NCBI GenBank assembly: GCA_028023455.1 | Contig: JAQFVV010000003.1 | Location: 25,730,001 to 25,794,000 of the forward strand | Length of the DNA: 64,000 nucleotides | DNA from: Epiperipatus broadwayi | Taxonomy: Eukaryota; Animalia; Onychophora | Direction of reading: 5' to 3' | In this document: piece after piece, positions 43,373 to 58,070 of the stretch | Position numbering within the stretch: the stretch's first letter is position 1 | Layout: each line of letters starts with the position of its first letter | Position numbers and translations under genes: made by a program | Notes under the pieces: model-generated | What the model was told of the DNA's origin: nothing | The model's input: only the letters and a program-made list of their open reading frames with translations | Databases searched by the model: none

Positions 43373-43468
43373 AATATATAGGGTATATGAGTACAGACTT
43401 TCACAAGACCCACCACTCTATCTCATAACACAAATACACTTGAACACATATATGTCAAAAAGATAAAT
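43373..43468 (-). mobile_element. 5'-truncated family 1b copy lacking the HHR
   Basis: GATAGAGTGGTGGGTCTTGTGAAAGTCTGTACTCATATACCCTATATATT matches 13370-13426. Confidence 0.75.
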
Positions 43469-44957
43469 ACACAAATAAGGAATTTAAATATGTAGACAAA
43501 TCTGTAATTTTTCTCAATAATTTAGAAAAAAATCAGGATAAATATTATTGCATTTTATATCTTTAATTTTATCATATTATTTTAGTCCTCAGGTTTCATC
43601 GATGAATTAATTCAAATATAAACAAAATATACTGTAACTTAAGTAGTTTAAAATTATTAATCATGTATTGTATGTAATTTTTAACTCAGCTGTAAATATA
43701 ATTATAATTTAACAATAAATCTGTAAGCATAACTTTAAAAGTAAGTTATGTTTTACAACTCTCATAAACTGTAAATAGATGAATCAGCTAGACTATATTA
43801 TAATTATAAATTCAAATAAATGACCTGCTTGGTTTAATGTGTGATAAAATGGCAAACTCTAAAGAGCCCAAAATTACTGGATTGGGGCCCAAATCTATCA
43901 TTTCCAGTATCTAAACTTATGAATCACTGTGCAATAAAACCATTTAATTATTTATTTAATTCAAATAACATATGTATTGAAATACGCCCCCTCCCCAATT
44001 ATTTGTCGATATATATCTGACTTATTGATAACACCTTTTTATAAAAAATAACATAAATCAAAACTTCGTAACTTTTCCTCTGATTAAAATATATATACTT
44101 TTTATACTTTATGCAATTAAATAAATAATAATAGATCAAATAGAATAAAAGCAGACAATATATATATATATATAAAGGTAAAAACTGCCTTCAACGGTCC
44201 ACTGCAGAACAAAGACTTCTCTGAAACTCCTTATAAATTAACAGTGAAAGAGATGGTAATATTCACTATGGTATTTCTTAGAAGTGAAAGTTTGAGTACC
44301 TGTTTAAAAAAAATATTGGGTCTACTTAATCCTGATTCAAATCTAAACTGCAGGCATGGCAAATGTATGAACTGTCTATACACTGAGATTTTCCCCTTAA
44401 GTATTTATTTACATATATATTTATATATGTTAATTTTCCACCCTTTAAATTTTTTTCATTTGAAATTGTGATTAGACTAGTGATTACATCTCTCTAAAAT
44501 CCAGTCAACTGTTGGGTTGGTGGCAACAAGATGTTTTAAACATATTTATTATTGTAACATTTAACTCACTGCAATTTAACATAATTTTTAATCTGACTTG
44601 AACATGTTGCTATTATATCTTTTGCAGTTCAAGTAGGATTGGTGCTAACTTTGTTAATTTGCATATTTTATTTATTAGATGATACATGTCATTATTTTCT
44701 TTTGAATAGAAGAATATTTATATCGACCAATTTACTATATATACACATACAGTTTAAACAATAATCATCGCACATTTTAAAAAATTATATTTTTTTATAA
44801 TGACAGAAAAATTACTTCTTTATTTTAATTATTAAAAAATAATTAGTTAATGACATATATCTTCAAAGAAAGACTTGAGTGCAATCACGTCTCTGATAAC
44901 TTTACCAGTAATAGCATTGTTCCTGGATATCTTTTTCAATCAGACATGTTTTTATAG

Positions 44958-45063
44958 GATAAAAATCAGACTAAAAGAAACAGCATAGAAGTGAGAAACA
45001 ACAATGGGATTGTGGAATCTCAACATAGATGTGATACTTATGATGATCATGATATTGTGAAAT
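44958..45063 (+). CDS. Candidate isolated internal exon, unknown product (DKNQTKRNSIEVRNNNGIVESQHRCDTYDDHDIVK)
   Basis: TTTTTATAG acceptor, AAT|GTAAGG donor, only one open frame; no homology recognised. Confidence 0.25.
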
Positions 45064-48000
45064 GTAAGGAACCATGGTTCTTTTTTTAATTCATATTTAG
45101 AAACTCATAAAATAGTTCAAAAGTCAAGAAAAGAATTTCTATATCAATTCATTTAGGAATAATCACCGACTCAATAAAAAGGTCCTAAATTAATTTAAGT
45201 TGATCGGATAAGTAACAATGCACATATTATAATAAAAAAAAAATACATGGGTGAAGTCCTTTATTTATTTTATTCTATTTGTAAAAGTTAGCTTTGTCAA
45301 ATGATAATCATTACAAAAAAAATTAACAAAAGAAGCTATCCAAATACAGGTTGGTCAATGCACATCTATCTATTCTTAACTGATTGGCTAAAGAAAATTG
45401 GTTATTTTGGATTGGTATTGAGCATAAATCAAATGTGTAAATGTGATATAGTGCATCTTTCACCTTTACCGTTATATTTATAACAATTCTAAAACTATAT
45501 TAATTAAAAGATATTATTTCCTGGTGATTGACCCCGTGATATCCACACAGACATCTTTATGGTAGATAAAAGACGCTTAATCAGTAGACTGTAATAATAA
45601 TAATATAAAAAACTTAATTATAACATTGAGAATGTTTATTTCTATACAGATTAAATATCATAAATCTATCTTTCAAACAAATAACTTCGCTTATTTATCT
45701 TAAGAGAATAAAGTAAAAGTCAGTTGAGTTAGCCCTGAAGACACCAATGTCAATCCGTGACTGTAAATTTAATTACAGAGAGGGAACAGGAGTCATATCG
45801 AGAGTGACAAGCCTTAGTAAAAATGATTAATTTCTTTACTAAAAATACATTTATCTTGGATTCTGAATTAGCTTAAACTGTCTTAATAAGCCACGGGACT
45901 ATTAAGACAGACATTCTCAGCAGAGAAAGATGGAATCAGTAAAATCTAAATTGCTAACTCCTGAGAGCTTTTTCATTCTTTCGTAAAGGTCTTAACAATA
46001 GGATAATCAAACGAATTAACTTCTAAAAATGGTTAATGGGATAATTTTGCATTTAATAATTATTAATTATAATTCAGAAAGATATCAAGTATTACTTAGA
46101 TATTTAAAAAAAAAAAGTAATATAAAGTTAAAGTAATACATGCGCATGCACACACACAACTAATTCCTGCAATTGGATTTTTTTTTAAATAAAAATATTA
46201 CAAGCTTTTATAACTCATCATCATCATTGATTGCTATGCAGTGGTAGAATGGCAGACACTGAAACTCAAAATTCATGAATCTAGATTCAGTTTTGTCACT
46301 TCTACAAATCTTGAGCACTGGAACCATTCAGCTATTATTATGATCATTAATTATGATCAATCCCTTTAAAAAATTTTCATAATAATCTAACCTTCTTCTA
46401 GTTCTTCTATTAATGGGGGGGGGGGAATTTAAATACTTATGTTTATTAAAGTTTTCAATCATAAGTCAAATTTTCAATAGTTATGATAGAAAAAAAATTT
46501 CTGCTGTATTAAGCCTATTTTTGTTTGTAGTCAGTGATATTTAAGGACTTGTTAGAGTTTATAATTTGGCTTCTATATGTAACACCTAATATTTTATTTT
46601 TACAATGAGATGACAAGCATTGCCTGTTATGTACTATATTACTAATGATACAATAAATGAGAACTTATGAATCTTTTATTTACAATAAATACTAAATTAT
46701 TACAAATAACAATTTATAAGTTAAATATATATGACCAACATTTAATGAAAGTTAAAATAATTAAAACTAGCTTCACTTTTAACAGCAATATTTGGTGACT
46801 GAGACATATTCTAATCAAAGTAATAATTAAGTGTTATAAATGTCAGAGTTGGTAACTATATGAATAGTTTATATTGTGTTACCATCAGTGGATTACTGTT
46901 CTTATATTTTAAAAAATCTTCGTAATTTCAGAAGAGTTAAGTTTATATTCAAATAGTTTATTGCTTATGAAATCATTTGATATTATAGAAACTTTTAACT
47001 CTCAAATCAATTACTTCACAACTGAGCTAAACCACTCATCAAAAACGATGTAAAAATCATCTATTTTTTATCATTTTAAAAAAATATTAAAAAATACCAT
47101 CTACAAATTTTTATGGATTAGATCATTCCTAGAAACAAATTATTTGTTTCTTTTATTACTTAATAATAATATTTTAATCAAAAGTCACCATCTAACATTT
47201 ATAAGTGCCGAATATTTTCAATCAACTGTAACAAAGTTTAATGACAGATTTAAAAACATGTCTAAATTCTTAAATAAATACATATAGGATAAGTACAAGG
47301 ACAAAAGTAAAATAAATTAAAATGTAGTTATCAATGTTTATTCGGTTTATTCTACTGGTCTATTGGAGATGAGAAGTGAATTCCTTTTTTCATCTGTTCA
47401 TTGTTAAACTTTAATATCAGATAGAGTGAAAATTTTATTGGCTTTGTAAATGTTGTTGGCGAGTATTGACTGTGTAGGATACAGTTTAGTAAGCAAATAG
47501 ATAAAAATATTTCATATTATTTTGCTGATTTACTATAATGTGCAAAAATAAAATAGTCAGGTTTTTAATAATATCAAAAAACAACTCATTATGTGCTAAG
47601 ATCGAATGTTCTATTATAATATTTGATCAGACATGGAAATTAATGTGGATGTTATTTAAAACTAACTTGACTTAAAAAGTTGCAATAAATATATATTTGA
47701 TGTATCACAACATTACTTTTCATAATTTTATAATAAGCTCGTTAATATTAAAATGCAATAATTAATCATTTGCAAACAAATCTTCACTTGTATTTAAATT
47801 ACTTACATCCCAAATCTAAGTAGTATCACCACTTTACTCTGAACAATAAACATCGTTGATGCTTTTTCAGAGTTTGGTCACATAATAAAACTTTTTTAAA
47901 AAATTTCTTGTTAATACAAAATATCATATATCTTTCACAACCTATTAAAATATAACTGAATGGTTAATCACCTAGGAGATCATATAACATCCAAGTTTTA

Positions 48001-48985
48001 GAATAACAAATTGCACTTCAGTCCAGAAACTTTTAGATTTTGAATTGCCATTTTACCACTCTTTAGCACAATATAAAGTAAAAGCTAAAAGCCCATGGAC
48101 TAAATATCATTTTCAATCATTATCATGACCTTCCTAGCAACTAACTATTTTATTATTTAAGTATCAACATGTTTTAAATACTTAAAAAAAGGATTTATAT
48201 TTTCATAAGTCTTTTTAACAGCAAAAATTACTTTTCAGAATCAGGGAACTTCCATAGATTATACAATCAATACTTTAAAATGGCCAATCCAGTCACCTAA
48301 ATCTATTTAAACCATTAATCCAAGTTTCCTTAATGTTTAAACACCAATACTCAATCTGGAATTATATAAGTCAACCAATGGCATTCAGTTTTATGTCATC
48401 AATCTAGGTTTGATTATAAATCACAGAAACGTTTAACACAACTTGACAAATCACAGCAAATATAAACCAATACATGACAACTGACAAATCTAATACATTC
48501 AAATAACAGAATCACTGCATTCTTATTTTTTTTTTTTTTTTTTTATAGAAGGTAATCAGAATAATGAGATCAAACTAATTAATTGAAGACTTGATTGTTG
48601 TAATTGCAATATAAATATATTTTAACTGAAAATATTTGTAATAGAATTTCAAGTTTTTTAAAAAAATATTATATTAAAATAATTTATTATTATTATATAG
48701 TAGTTCTTACAGAATGTGCATAAATGATAAAGCTCCAATACATAATACAGATATCTCTGCTTCTTTATATTCCTTTTAAGTATTGGTCAGAGAACAGATT
48801 TTTTTAAATTAAATATTCTCGTTTATTATTTTCTACTTATTTCTTCCGGATTTTACTCTGATGTTCTTTTTGGTCCTTCTATGACTTTTTTCTCATTTAT
48901 TTACAATTTTATATAGTTTCTATTACTTCTATTATAAATATATATATATTTAATTCTTCAGCAAAACAAGATCAGGTTTCGTCTG

Positions 48986-48999
48986 GCGCCACCTACTGT
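48986..48999 (-). promoter_or_regulatory. CTCF-like motif
   Basis: ACAGTAGGTGGCGC matches CCASYAGRKGGCRS at 13/14; isolated GC-rich word in AT-rich DNA. Confidence 0.35.
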
Positions 49000-50094
49000 T
49001 CATTTAAATAATCAATGATTACCAGATGCCCTGTTATGTTTTAAATCTCTACCCTTGTCTTAACATAAAATATATAATTTATTCTTATTTCACTTTATGT
49101 ATGTTTTGTAGATTAAAAAGATCCTTTTTATGTCTCAATGGAGAACAAAGGAGGAGGAGAAGAAGAAAAAAGAAGGAAGAAGAAGAAAGAAAGAAGAAAA
49201 AAGGAAGGGAAAAGAGGAGTAGGAAGAAGAATAAGAGGGGGAACATGACCCAATAAAGAAATTTATTATGGATTCAATGACTTTTATAAGTAAACCTACT
49301 TTGTTGATAGAACATTAAAAAACCAAAAGAGCTCATTATCCTTGTGCTATCCACTGTAATCTTGAGTATTCAGTAGTTACCAAATGATAATGCATTTAAA
49401 TCCCCAGATTAATTTCTGAATTTTTTTTTTAATCAATGAGACTTGGGATTCAAAACTAGAAGTGATACAGTTATGCATCTACCAACCATTTTTAATTTCA
49501 TTTTAGTAAACTTAAAACTTGAAATTTATATCTGTGTAATCCTCTTGCATGATAAAGGCAAAAAGCAGAAACTGATATGAGATTGGGATTTAAAATACAA
49601 CAGGGTATTTGACAATTATTAATTACTCAAACTTCCAGTTGGTGGCATTAAAGTAGAAGGGCTGCTTCTGTTTTTATATGCCCCAACAATAAAGCAGCAT
49701 TGTAATAAAAACTGTTGAGCCCATAACAAATTACTCCATTGGCCCTCATTTTTTAAGTCTATAAGAAAGAATATGATAAAGGGAATATGAATACAATAGA
49801 TATTTACTAAGACAAGAATCACTCTTCACTCCAATTTTATTTAACTAATGAATAATATTATATTTTTAAAAAATAATGTATTAAAAAATGAAACAGGAAA
49901 ATTAATTTTAATTATTATACAGACATATTAAATAATTCTCTCCTGTCTACAAACTCATTATCTACAGTTTAAGTAGGCCATGATTTGAAACAATATTAAT
50001 TAAAAAATTAAAAATTTCTAAATTTAATTTCATAAATGTCATGCTTATACATGCACTATTATAAATCATCTTTCAGTCAACCATTTTTACGCCT

Positions 50095-53000
50095 TATTTT
50101 CTAAAATACTAATCATATTTTTTCTCTTTTTATGAACTATTTTAACATTTATTATATTATTAATTTTTTTAATTAATTTTATCTATAACTTTATTTAAAT
50201 TTTTAACTACATAGTTATTTCCTGTCTTTATACCTATATAATTAATTTTATTGGTACTAATTACTTAGCCAGGTTTGGCCACCTGTTGGCATTATTGCCA
50301 GTCCAAAACAGCTACGAATGCCATTTATGCGGCCTACATTTATGGCTAAGAAAACAGCTGTATTTATCTTAGCCATTGCAGGCTGCTTGACAGCATTGCA
50401 CAGAAACATTACAGCCTGTTTTGTGCTTCACAATACTTTATGCAAATTCACACAATTCACTTGTTGCTACCATATTGTCTGATGGTGTTTGGATTTTAAG
50501 GGGCCACAAGTTTTGATATACCCATAGCAGAGTAATTTCATTTCTACTTAAATCACGCAGTCTGATTCACTAAGAATTAGCACACCATCCCCACCCTTCC
50601 CTACACAACTTGGAATATGCAAAACATTGGAAAAGAGTAGGGCAAAACATGATTCGGCCAAGCTCATGTGAAAACTCACACTTTCATAAGAAATTATATG
50701 AGACAAATAAAATGGTGCACAAATTATTTAACTTACCGATGTCAGTCAGGCTCCTGCAATCGAAGATATTCGATTCCTAAAAATAAAATATTAAAGATGT
50801 AGTAGGAAAAAATAAAAGGATCAAAAAATCTCATTAATAGTAAAAGTTCTTTTTAAAAAGGGCAAAATAGAAATCGCGTAATACAAATCACCATGTAGCC
50901 AAAAAAAAAAAAAAAATCACCGTATTTTAAATATGAAAAAAAAAAACGAAAGTTGTAAAAGTTTGAAGTTTTGAAGTTATTGTAATTTTTTTGGGGTGGT
51001 GTGTTGAAAGGATTAAAAAATGTAATTAATAGGAAACATTTTTTTTAAAAAAAATGGCAAAATAGACATTGCATAATAGAAATAAAGGCCAAAAAAAAAT
51101 CATCTTATAGTTTTAAAAGAAAGAAGACAATGAAAGTTGAAAAAGTCAAACGTTTTGATCTTATTTTAATTTTTTGGGGAGAAGCAGGTTGAGAAATACT
51201 TTGTCTTCACTGAGACAAAAGATAGAAACAAAAGTTATTTTTGGTTTGTTCTTATTTTTAAAAAAAGTAATAAAAATTTGTTTTAAAAATAAAAGTTTTA
51301 GCATATCAGCAGTATACAAATAAAGCCAAAAAAAAAAGTCACCATATTTTTTTTGTTTTAAAAAAAAAAAACAACAGAAAACAAAAGTTGAAAAAGTCAA
51401 AAGTTTTGATCTTATTAATTTTTTGGGGAAGAGGGGGTGGATTGAGAAATAATTTGTAAAAGTTAGAGACAAGTTATTTTTTGTTTGTTTTTATTTTTTA
51501 AAAAAGGTAATAAAAATTTATTTAAAAAATAAAAGTTAAAGCCAAAAAAAAAAATTGCAGTATAGTCAACCCCCCCCACGTAAAAATGAAATATTAAAGA
51601 CAGAGTAGAAAAATTAAAGAAATCAAAAAAAGTTACTGTATTTTAAAAATCGCAGCCCAGTAACATTGCATTGTATTGTTTTTGACTGGAAACAACACCA
51701 TCAAGTGACCAGGCCTGGCTATGTAATTAGTACCATTTTATCTATATTATTATTACTACTTTTTTCTTTATTATTATTTATATAATCTATCATATTTTCT
51801 ATTAACCTAATATTATCATTTATAAATTTATTTGGTAATCATTATTTATAAATTCCTCTTTTGTTAAATCTATTTGTTTAACATAATCTTTATTTGAACA
51901 ATAATTTACTGCTCTATGAATTCTAGAATATATTGTATTTATTTTATATTTGTATTCGAGTGCCAATTAGTTATATTATTATCTATATTATTTTTCTTAT
52001 TAATTGATGTTTCAATCCTACATTTCCCTTCTTCATTTAACTTAATCAATTTTATATCTAAATATGCCATTTTACTTTTCTTTTTAATTGATGTTTCAAT
52101 CTTATATTTCTCTTCTTCATTTGACTTAATTAACTTTATATCTAAATATGACAATATTTTATATTCTTTTTCGACAGTAAATTTAAAATTTTTATCCATC
52201 CTCTATAAATAAATCTATCTGTCTTTGCGTTTTATTAAATATCAATAAATAATCATCTACATATCTTTTAATAAAGATTGGAACATTATTCACTAACATT
52301 AACTTCTCCAATTCTTCCATATAAATATTACTCAATACTCCACTTAATGCTCCTCCTATTAGTAAACTTTTTTTTATATAAAACCTATCATTAAATTAAA
52401 ACATTATTTCTTTGCAACATATTTCTATAATCTCTTTTAATTGTTTTATATGTATATTTATTTCTTTATTATTATCCTTTTTATATCTATTAATTACTAT
52501 ATCTATTGCTTTCTTCACATTAATATTTGTATATATTGATACAATGTCCATTTTAATCATTGTTAAATTATAATTACTATATTTATTTATTATATTTTTA
52601 TTCTCCTTTATTAAAACTTTAGTATTTTTTATATATGATTTACACGTAGTATTAATATATTTATTTAACATCTTATTTGTCAACCATTTAGATACTTTAT
52701 CATAATATAAACTATTACCATTAATAACTGGTCTTAATGGTACACCTTCTTTAAAAATTTTAGATGCTCTGTAAATTTTAGCTGCTTTACAATCTTTAAC
52801 CCCTAAATAATCAAATGTATTATAATCAATTATATCTTTTTTTATAAAAGTCTCTTATTGTATATAATTTAGTATCATCTTTTTTAATTCTCCCAAATAT
52901 ATTGTCTTTTAACATATTATTCATTTTTTATATATATAATCCTCTTTATTTATCATTACCAATTTATTCCTTTTATCTGACTTTGTAAAAACTATTTATC

Positions 53001-53640
53001 CTTATCCTTATTCTTTATTTCTTTAATATTTATTATTTTAACAATATCATCATTTTTATATATTCCTTTATTTTTTTTTATTCTATAAATCATATTATCT
53101 ACTTCATTATTAATTATTCCATCCATACTTTATCTTTATTATTAATAATTTTATTGTTATCTATATTCTGATAATAATAGATTTTGTAATTTCCTTCTAA
53201 ATACCACTGTGCTATTTTCTCTCTTAATATTCTCAATTCTGTTATATCATTATTATTATTATATCCATGTGGTACATATTTAATCTCACTAGTTATAATT
53301 TCCTTTTTTCCTGTTAATTCTACATATGTCATGTTAGAAATTGTATCATTATAATTATTCCATTTCTTCTCATCTTTCCTTCATACTTTTTCTTTCTTTA
53401 ATCCCCTTATTTTCTTAGTATGTCTATTCTCTGTATTCTTATATATTAATACCTTTTTAACCTACATAATTCTCTAAATAAAATTCCTTTTTATTTTCCT
53501 TGCTAGTATTGATTCATTATAAAATTTGTTTTATACTACAACTATTATTAATAAATACTTTTAATATCCTCTTTTCTAATTCTTCTATAAACTTGATATT
53601 ATTTCTTATCCTTTTCCTATAACTATTGAAACAGTCAGAT
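50095..53640 (-). mobile_element. Penelope-like element 1 (RT domain; endonuclease end missing), interrupted by a TIR element
   Basis: KIYRASKIFKEGVPLRPVI, MDIVSIYTNI, GGALSGVLSNIYME, KRYVDDYL and KFTVEKE..YLDI; homology to PLE 2 resumes at 50095-50251. Confidence 0.88.
50252..51735. mobile_element. Unclassified TIR DNA element inserted into PLE 1
   Basis: Imperfect TIRs of about 70 bp starting TGGTACTAATTAC; 6-bp flanking duplication TTTTAT (50246-50251, 51736-51741); internal ~250-bp direct repeat near 51134 and 51385. Confidence 0.8.
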
Positions 53641-53959
53641 CTAAAGATTCACTCATTCCATGAACTATGTTTATAGTAGTATATTTATTTGTACATTATT
53701 TCACTCCAAATTGTATGTATTTCTTTAATTTAGAACTCCGAATTTGTGCTCTTAAGAATTATAGAATATGTGCCTGTATAGGTGCCTATTTCATTGCAGT
53801 ATATATGCCAGTAAGAATGATATATATACACACATATAGCCCTCTATTTATTAAAATTGTGTAAACTTAACAGTCTGTACTGCTTGAATTTACATATGGA
53901 ATTATATTTAAACTTGGTAAAAAATCATTTATTTAAAATATTAGTCTTAAATATTCTTT

Positions 53960-54250
53960 TAAAATTATTTCAAGTTTATTCTTTGTTAAAAGTACAGATG
54001 GTAAAGTTGTTTACGAGTTAATATTTGTTCAAAGTAATATTTTGTTAAAGATTGACCAGATTAGCATTACTTAAAATTATTTCCAGTTTATTCTTTGTTA
54101 GAAGTGCCAATGGTAAAGTTGTTTACGAGTTAAAACTTAATTTAAAATTATATTTTAGTTAAAATTTGACTAGATTAGCATTTTCTTAAAATTATTTTAG
54201 GTTTACGATTTTGTTTAAAACTGCAGACTGTAAAGTTTATGAGTTTCACA
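53960..54250. repeat. Tandem repeat, about 2.6 x 112-115 bp
   Basis: TAAAATTATTT..AGTTTATTCTTTGTT..GGTAAAGTTGTTTACGAGTTAA at 53960, 54072 and 54187. Confidence 0.85.
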
Positions 54251-54255
54251 TTTAA

Positions 54256-54996
54256 CCCTTTTCCTGCCTCTTACGAAGCTCCTCGTCGACATCTGACGTC
54301 ACTCTAACTCTGCCAGTTCTTATGCTAAAATATTCGTTTGATAGGTTTTGAATAGGTTTTTAAAAGTTCTGTAAGATGGTGCCCTCTTCCGAATTACTTT
54401 ACAAGTAAAAAATAAAAAAAAATGCATTTAAACCTAAACAAAGAAAGAACATCGGTTGTAATTGGTTGTTAGTGAGCTCTCAGCCGAAAAAGACATTCTG
54501 ATTGGCTGGAAAGAACAAAGAAACCGCCTGATCAAAGAAAATAAAGAAAAACGCTGAGATTTTCATTTCGAATATAATTTTAAAGAATATTAAGTATATA
54601 TTCAGTAATTACAAATGATTTTCAGAGAGAATACTAAAAAAACAAAATTATTTTCGAAAAATATTGAAGATTTTAGTAAAAATATTATTTAGTAAAAAGA
54701 AATATTTACTTTTCTATAACGTAAAAGTCGACCTTTTTGTTTATATTATAGCTTTTATGTTGCCGAAATTGAATATTTTAGAATAAATAAATAGCAATTT
54801 ATTTTTGAAAGAACTTTCGTTCTCTTCATAACCTGAAAAATTAGTAATATACTTTTTATAAACATATCTGAGTTGAATTTAATATTATAGGCGAATATGT
54901 TTTAACAATAGGCTTTGTCTTCAGTTTGTGAGTTGGCCAATTAAAAGATTTGATTTTTACCTCATACAACCAATAATATAATTAGTGGTTAAAAGG
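54256..54996. mobile_element. Possible piggyBac-type non-autonomous element containing promoter-like motifs
   Basis: TTAA|CCCTTTT...AAAAGG|TTAA ends (short match only); TGACGTCA at 54294; ATTGG at 54461 and 54501; CpGs intact. Confidence 0.4.
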
Positions 54997-57483
54997 TTAA
55001 CCAAAATAACATTTTAACTTAATTAGCCTTATAGCTAAAAAGTCAATTTAGAAATCAGTCAGTCATAAAACCTGACTTGACCATTTGGAGGGAACCCGGG
55101 AGAGTTTCTCTAGAGGTGGTAAAAGATAATTGAGAGCATGAGGTTTGAAGTAGTAAACAAGTGACATAGAAAGTGCCAGAAGGAAATAGGGGTGTGTGCT
55201 GAATATAGATATAAAAACTTGCAGTTTTTATTAAAATATATATACTGTAATATAACACATATCACAGGAAGAATAATATTATAAGTTTTTTTTATTAAAA
55301 AGATATTATTGCTGCTAAAATGAGAATCATTGGCTAGTGGAAGATAGAATTGCCATTTATCTTCTACTAGAGCTTCTACAAATGTTAACAACAACCATCA
55401 TCTTACGCCCAATAATGGAGCCACATCCAGAAGCTACCTAAGCTATAATAAAGCTGTACCCTGTAAGCCACCCCAGCCATAAGCAAATTGTATCTAATAA
55501 GCTGCATCTACTGAATGGTGTCAGAAAGCAAGAAAAGCCAGATTCACATCCATCCATGGAGAATAAGAATCACACTCAGAGAAGCCATCCTTACATAACC
55601 TTCTGCTAGAATTCCTCTTGAGAATTATAGTAAATCATGCTAAAATATCATTCATTTCTTTAAAGTAACTATCAAGCTAGCACTCATTATGTTTCCTGTA
55701 TAACTCTGCTATGTTAGTCACTTTTTCAAATCGTGCTTGATCATCATTATCATTATTATAATAATATACATATATTTATTTTAATATGTAATGTTTAAAC
55801 CCTAAAACTTTAGTGATGAGTGTATTATCTTCTTATTTATTGTTTAGATGTTATTTAAGCCATTCTTTATCATAGTTATGTTTGAATTATGCTAAAGTAA
55901 TCAGAACAGAGTTGGGCAAATTATTAATTCTCATAGAGATATCTACATGCTCTCATTGTGCTCATTTGCTCTAAAGAAACAGACAAACTCCCTTCTGTAC
56001 TTAATATTCTGTACTAGTGATAATATTGCTATCTATAATATGGCCTAATAAATAATTATAAGTAGTGTTTATTTGCCTTTAAGCAAGAGTGATTTTCTAC
56101 AATATATGTGCAGTGAATATTTGGACCCGTAATAACTCTTAAAATATACTGTAAATCGGTAATTATATGTCTCAAGTGATGCAGATAACTCTTAAGTCAG
56201 ATTCTAAGTATTTCCCTATAGTATAATAATTATGTGCTATTTCGGAATTGATTAATGGCAGTAACACTGCTAGAGGCTCCATATTTTGTGTATTTAGTGA
56301 ATTAAAATGATTATATTGGATTCACAGAATGAATGTGGGGCTCATTAGCAAATAATGCTTAGCTTCTTGCTATATTCTCTACATATGTATGTGTTTGCAT
56401 TGAGGTTGATTTAATGTCAAACCATGCCAGTTAGTTCAGACAGCCAAGCCGTTTTGTATTTGATATTTGAAAGAGACCAAAGAGTCTCATCCTTGAAGTA
56501 GCTGTTTGATCCTCCAGACTAAAGAAGTCTCCTTTATTAGTATAGCAAGCAGTGTGGTACAAAGAACCGATTACTTGGTAATAAATCTTTACGAACACAC
56601 CTTCGAGACACACTCTCTTTATTAATATATTTGATACGCTGTAGAATCTGAAGTGACCCTGATCCATCAGTTCTGGACACCTTATTAAATAACTTTGGCC
56701 TTGATCTGAACCAGAATCTGGGTTAACTTGATTAATTTGTATTGTAAATTAGATGTAAACTTTATTAATAAGTAATATACCTCCCAGCTAGTTTGATCAC
56801 ACTCTTTTTGCTAAGTTCTTGGCATATATCTTGGCATAAATTTCTGCATAACTGTGTATTATATTTACTGATCCCTACATAATTAAAGGGAAAATGGCAA
56901 TGTAAAGGTTAATTAGCCACTGTAATGTTTTGCTTATTGTATAAAGTTACAATACTAATCATATGTAAAATAACATTCACCTGCATGTGAATCATTAATA
57001 TACCTGAGTTTTAATGTTTGCTATTCTGTATCACGAATGTATATTTATTTCCCTTCATATAAAGTTCAATTCTTAACCTGCTAATCCTATATACCTTCAT
57101 CTGCATGTCATAGATTATGCACATTTTGTTTTATTAATTATGAATTTGTATATTAAATTTTCTAAAATATATCACCTCTCAGTCCTAATCCTTGCTCATA
57201 GTCTTTATGAATCACTAGTTAAGTCATTTAGTATTAGTTAGGAGGGATAAGTCTCATGTTTTACCAATTTTCTAATAGAACATGGTCAAGAAAGTATCAG
57301 GTGTAGCCTCAAGCAGGTCATTGACTAGTGTGAGATTTGGAAGCATGGGTGAGAGAGTTGAGATATGATCAGACATAAAGTGTCATCATCCCGACTTGGT
57401 CAGCATGTTTTTCTTTCGTCTGGACTCTCAGTCTGTTGAGCAAATGTACAAACTTGACCATTACACTATTAATCATTGTAAAT

Positions 57484-58058
57484 AAGTCAATTATTTTATA
57501 TAGCGTGATGTTTTTTTATAAACAATAATATTTAAACAGCATTAAACTGTTGCACATGCGCTTTGGATTTTAAATATAAAATGAATGAATACTAACACTT
57601 CAACCACATGATAAAGTCTTTGGAAAAGATAGAATGGCCATCTATCTTTTCGAACCCAAACGCTTTTGTATGGGCGAATCTTAAGTGTTTGAAAGTGAAA
57701 GTGTGAAGTTATTAAATAATCACTTTAAATTACTTTTACATGCTTGAATGAATGACGCTGGTGAAATTTATTAGAACTTATGACACATCATTCTTATTTG
57801 AAATTAAATGTATGTAAATAAGTCAATTATTTTATATAGCATGTAAAAGTAATTTAAAGTGATTATTTAATATCTTCACATTTTCACTTTCAAACACTTA
57901 AGATTCGCCCGTACAAAAGCATTTGGGTTTGAAAAGATAGATGGTCATTCTATCTTTTCCAAAGACTTTAACATGTGGTTGAAGTGTTAGTATTCATTCA
58001 TCTTATATTTAAAATCCAAAGTGCATGTGCAACAATTTAATGCTGTTTAAATATTATT
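57484..58058. repeat. TGGCCA-hairpin family: one 336-bp monomer with terminal redundancy plus an inverted copy
   Basis: TGTAAATAAGTCAATTATTTTATATAGC at 57477 and 57813; arms 57526-57743 / 57839-58056; flanking repeat ACTATTAATCATTRTAAAT at 57465 and 58059. Confidence 0.88.
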
Positions 58059-58070
58059 ACTATTAATCAT

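Noticed and set aside
51916-52212. Hydrophobic plus-strand ORF (and 58322-58609 minus) as membrane proteins
   Set aside because: Antisense shadows of the Penelope RT frame.
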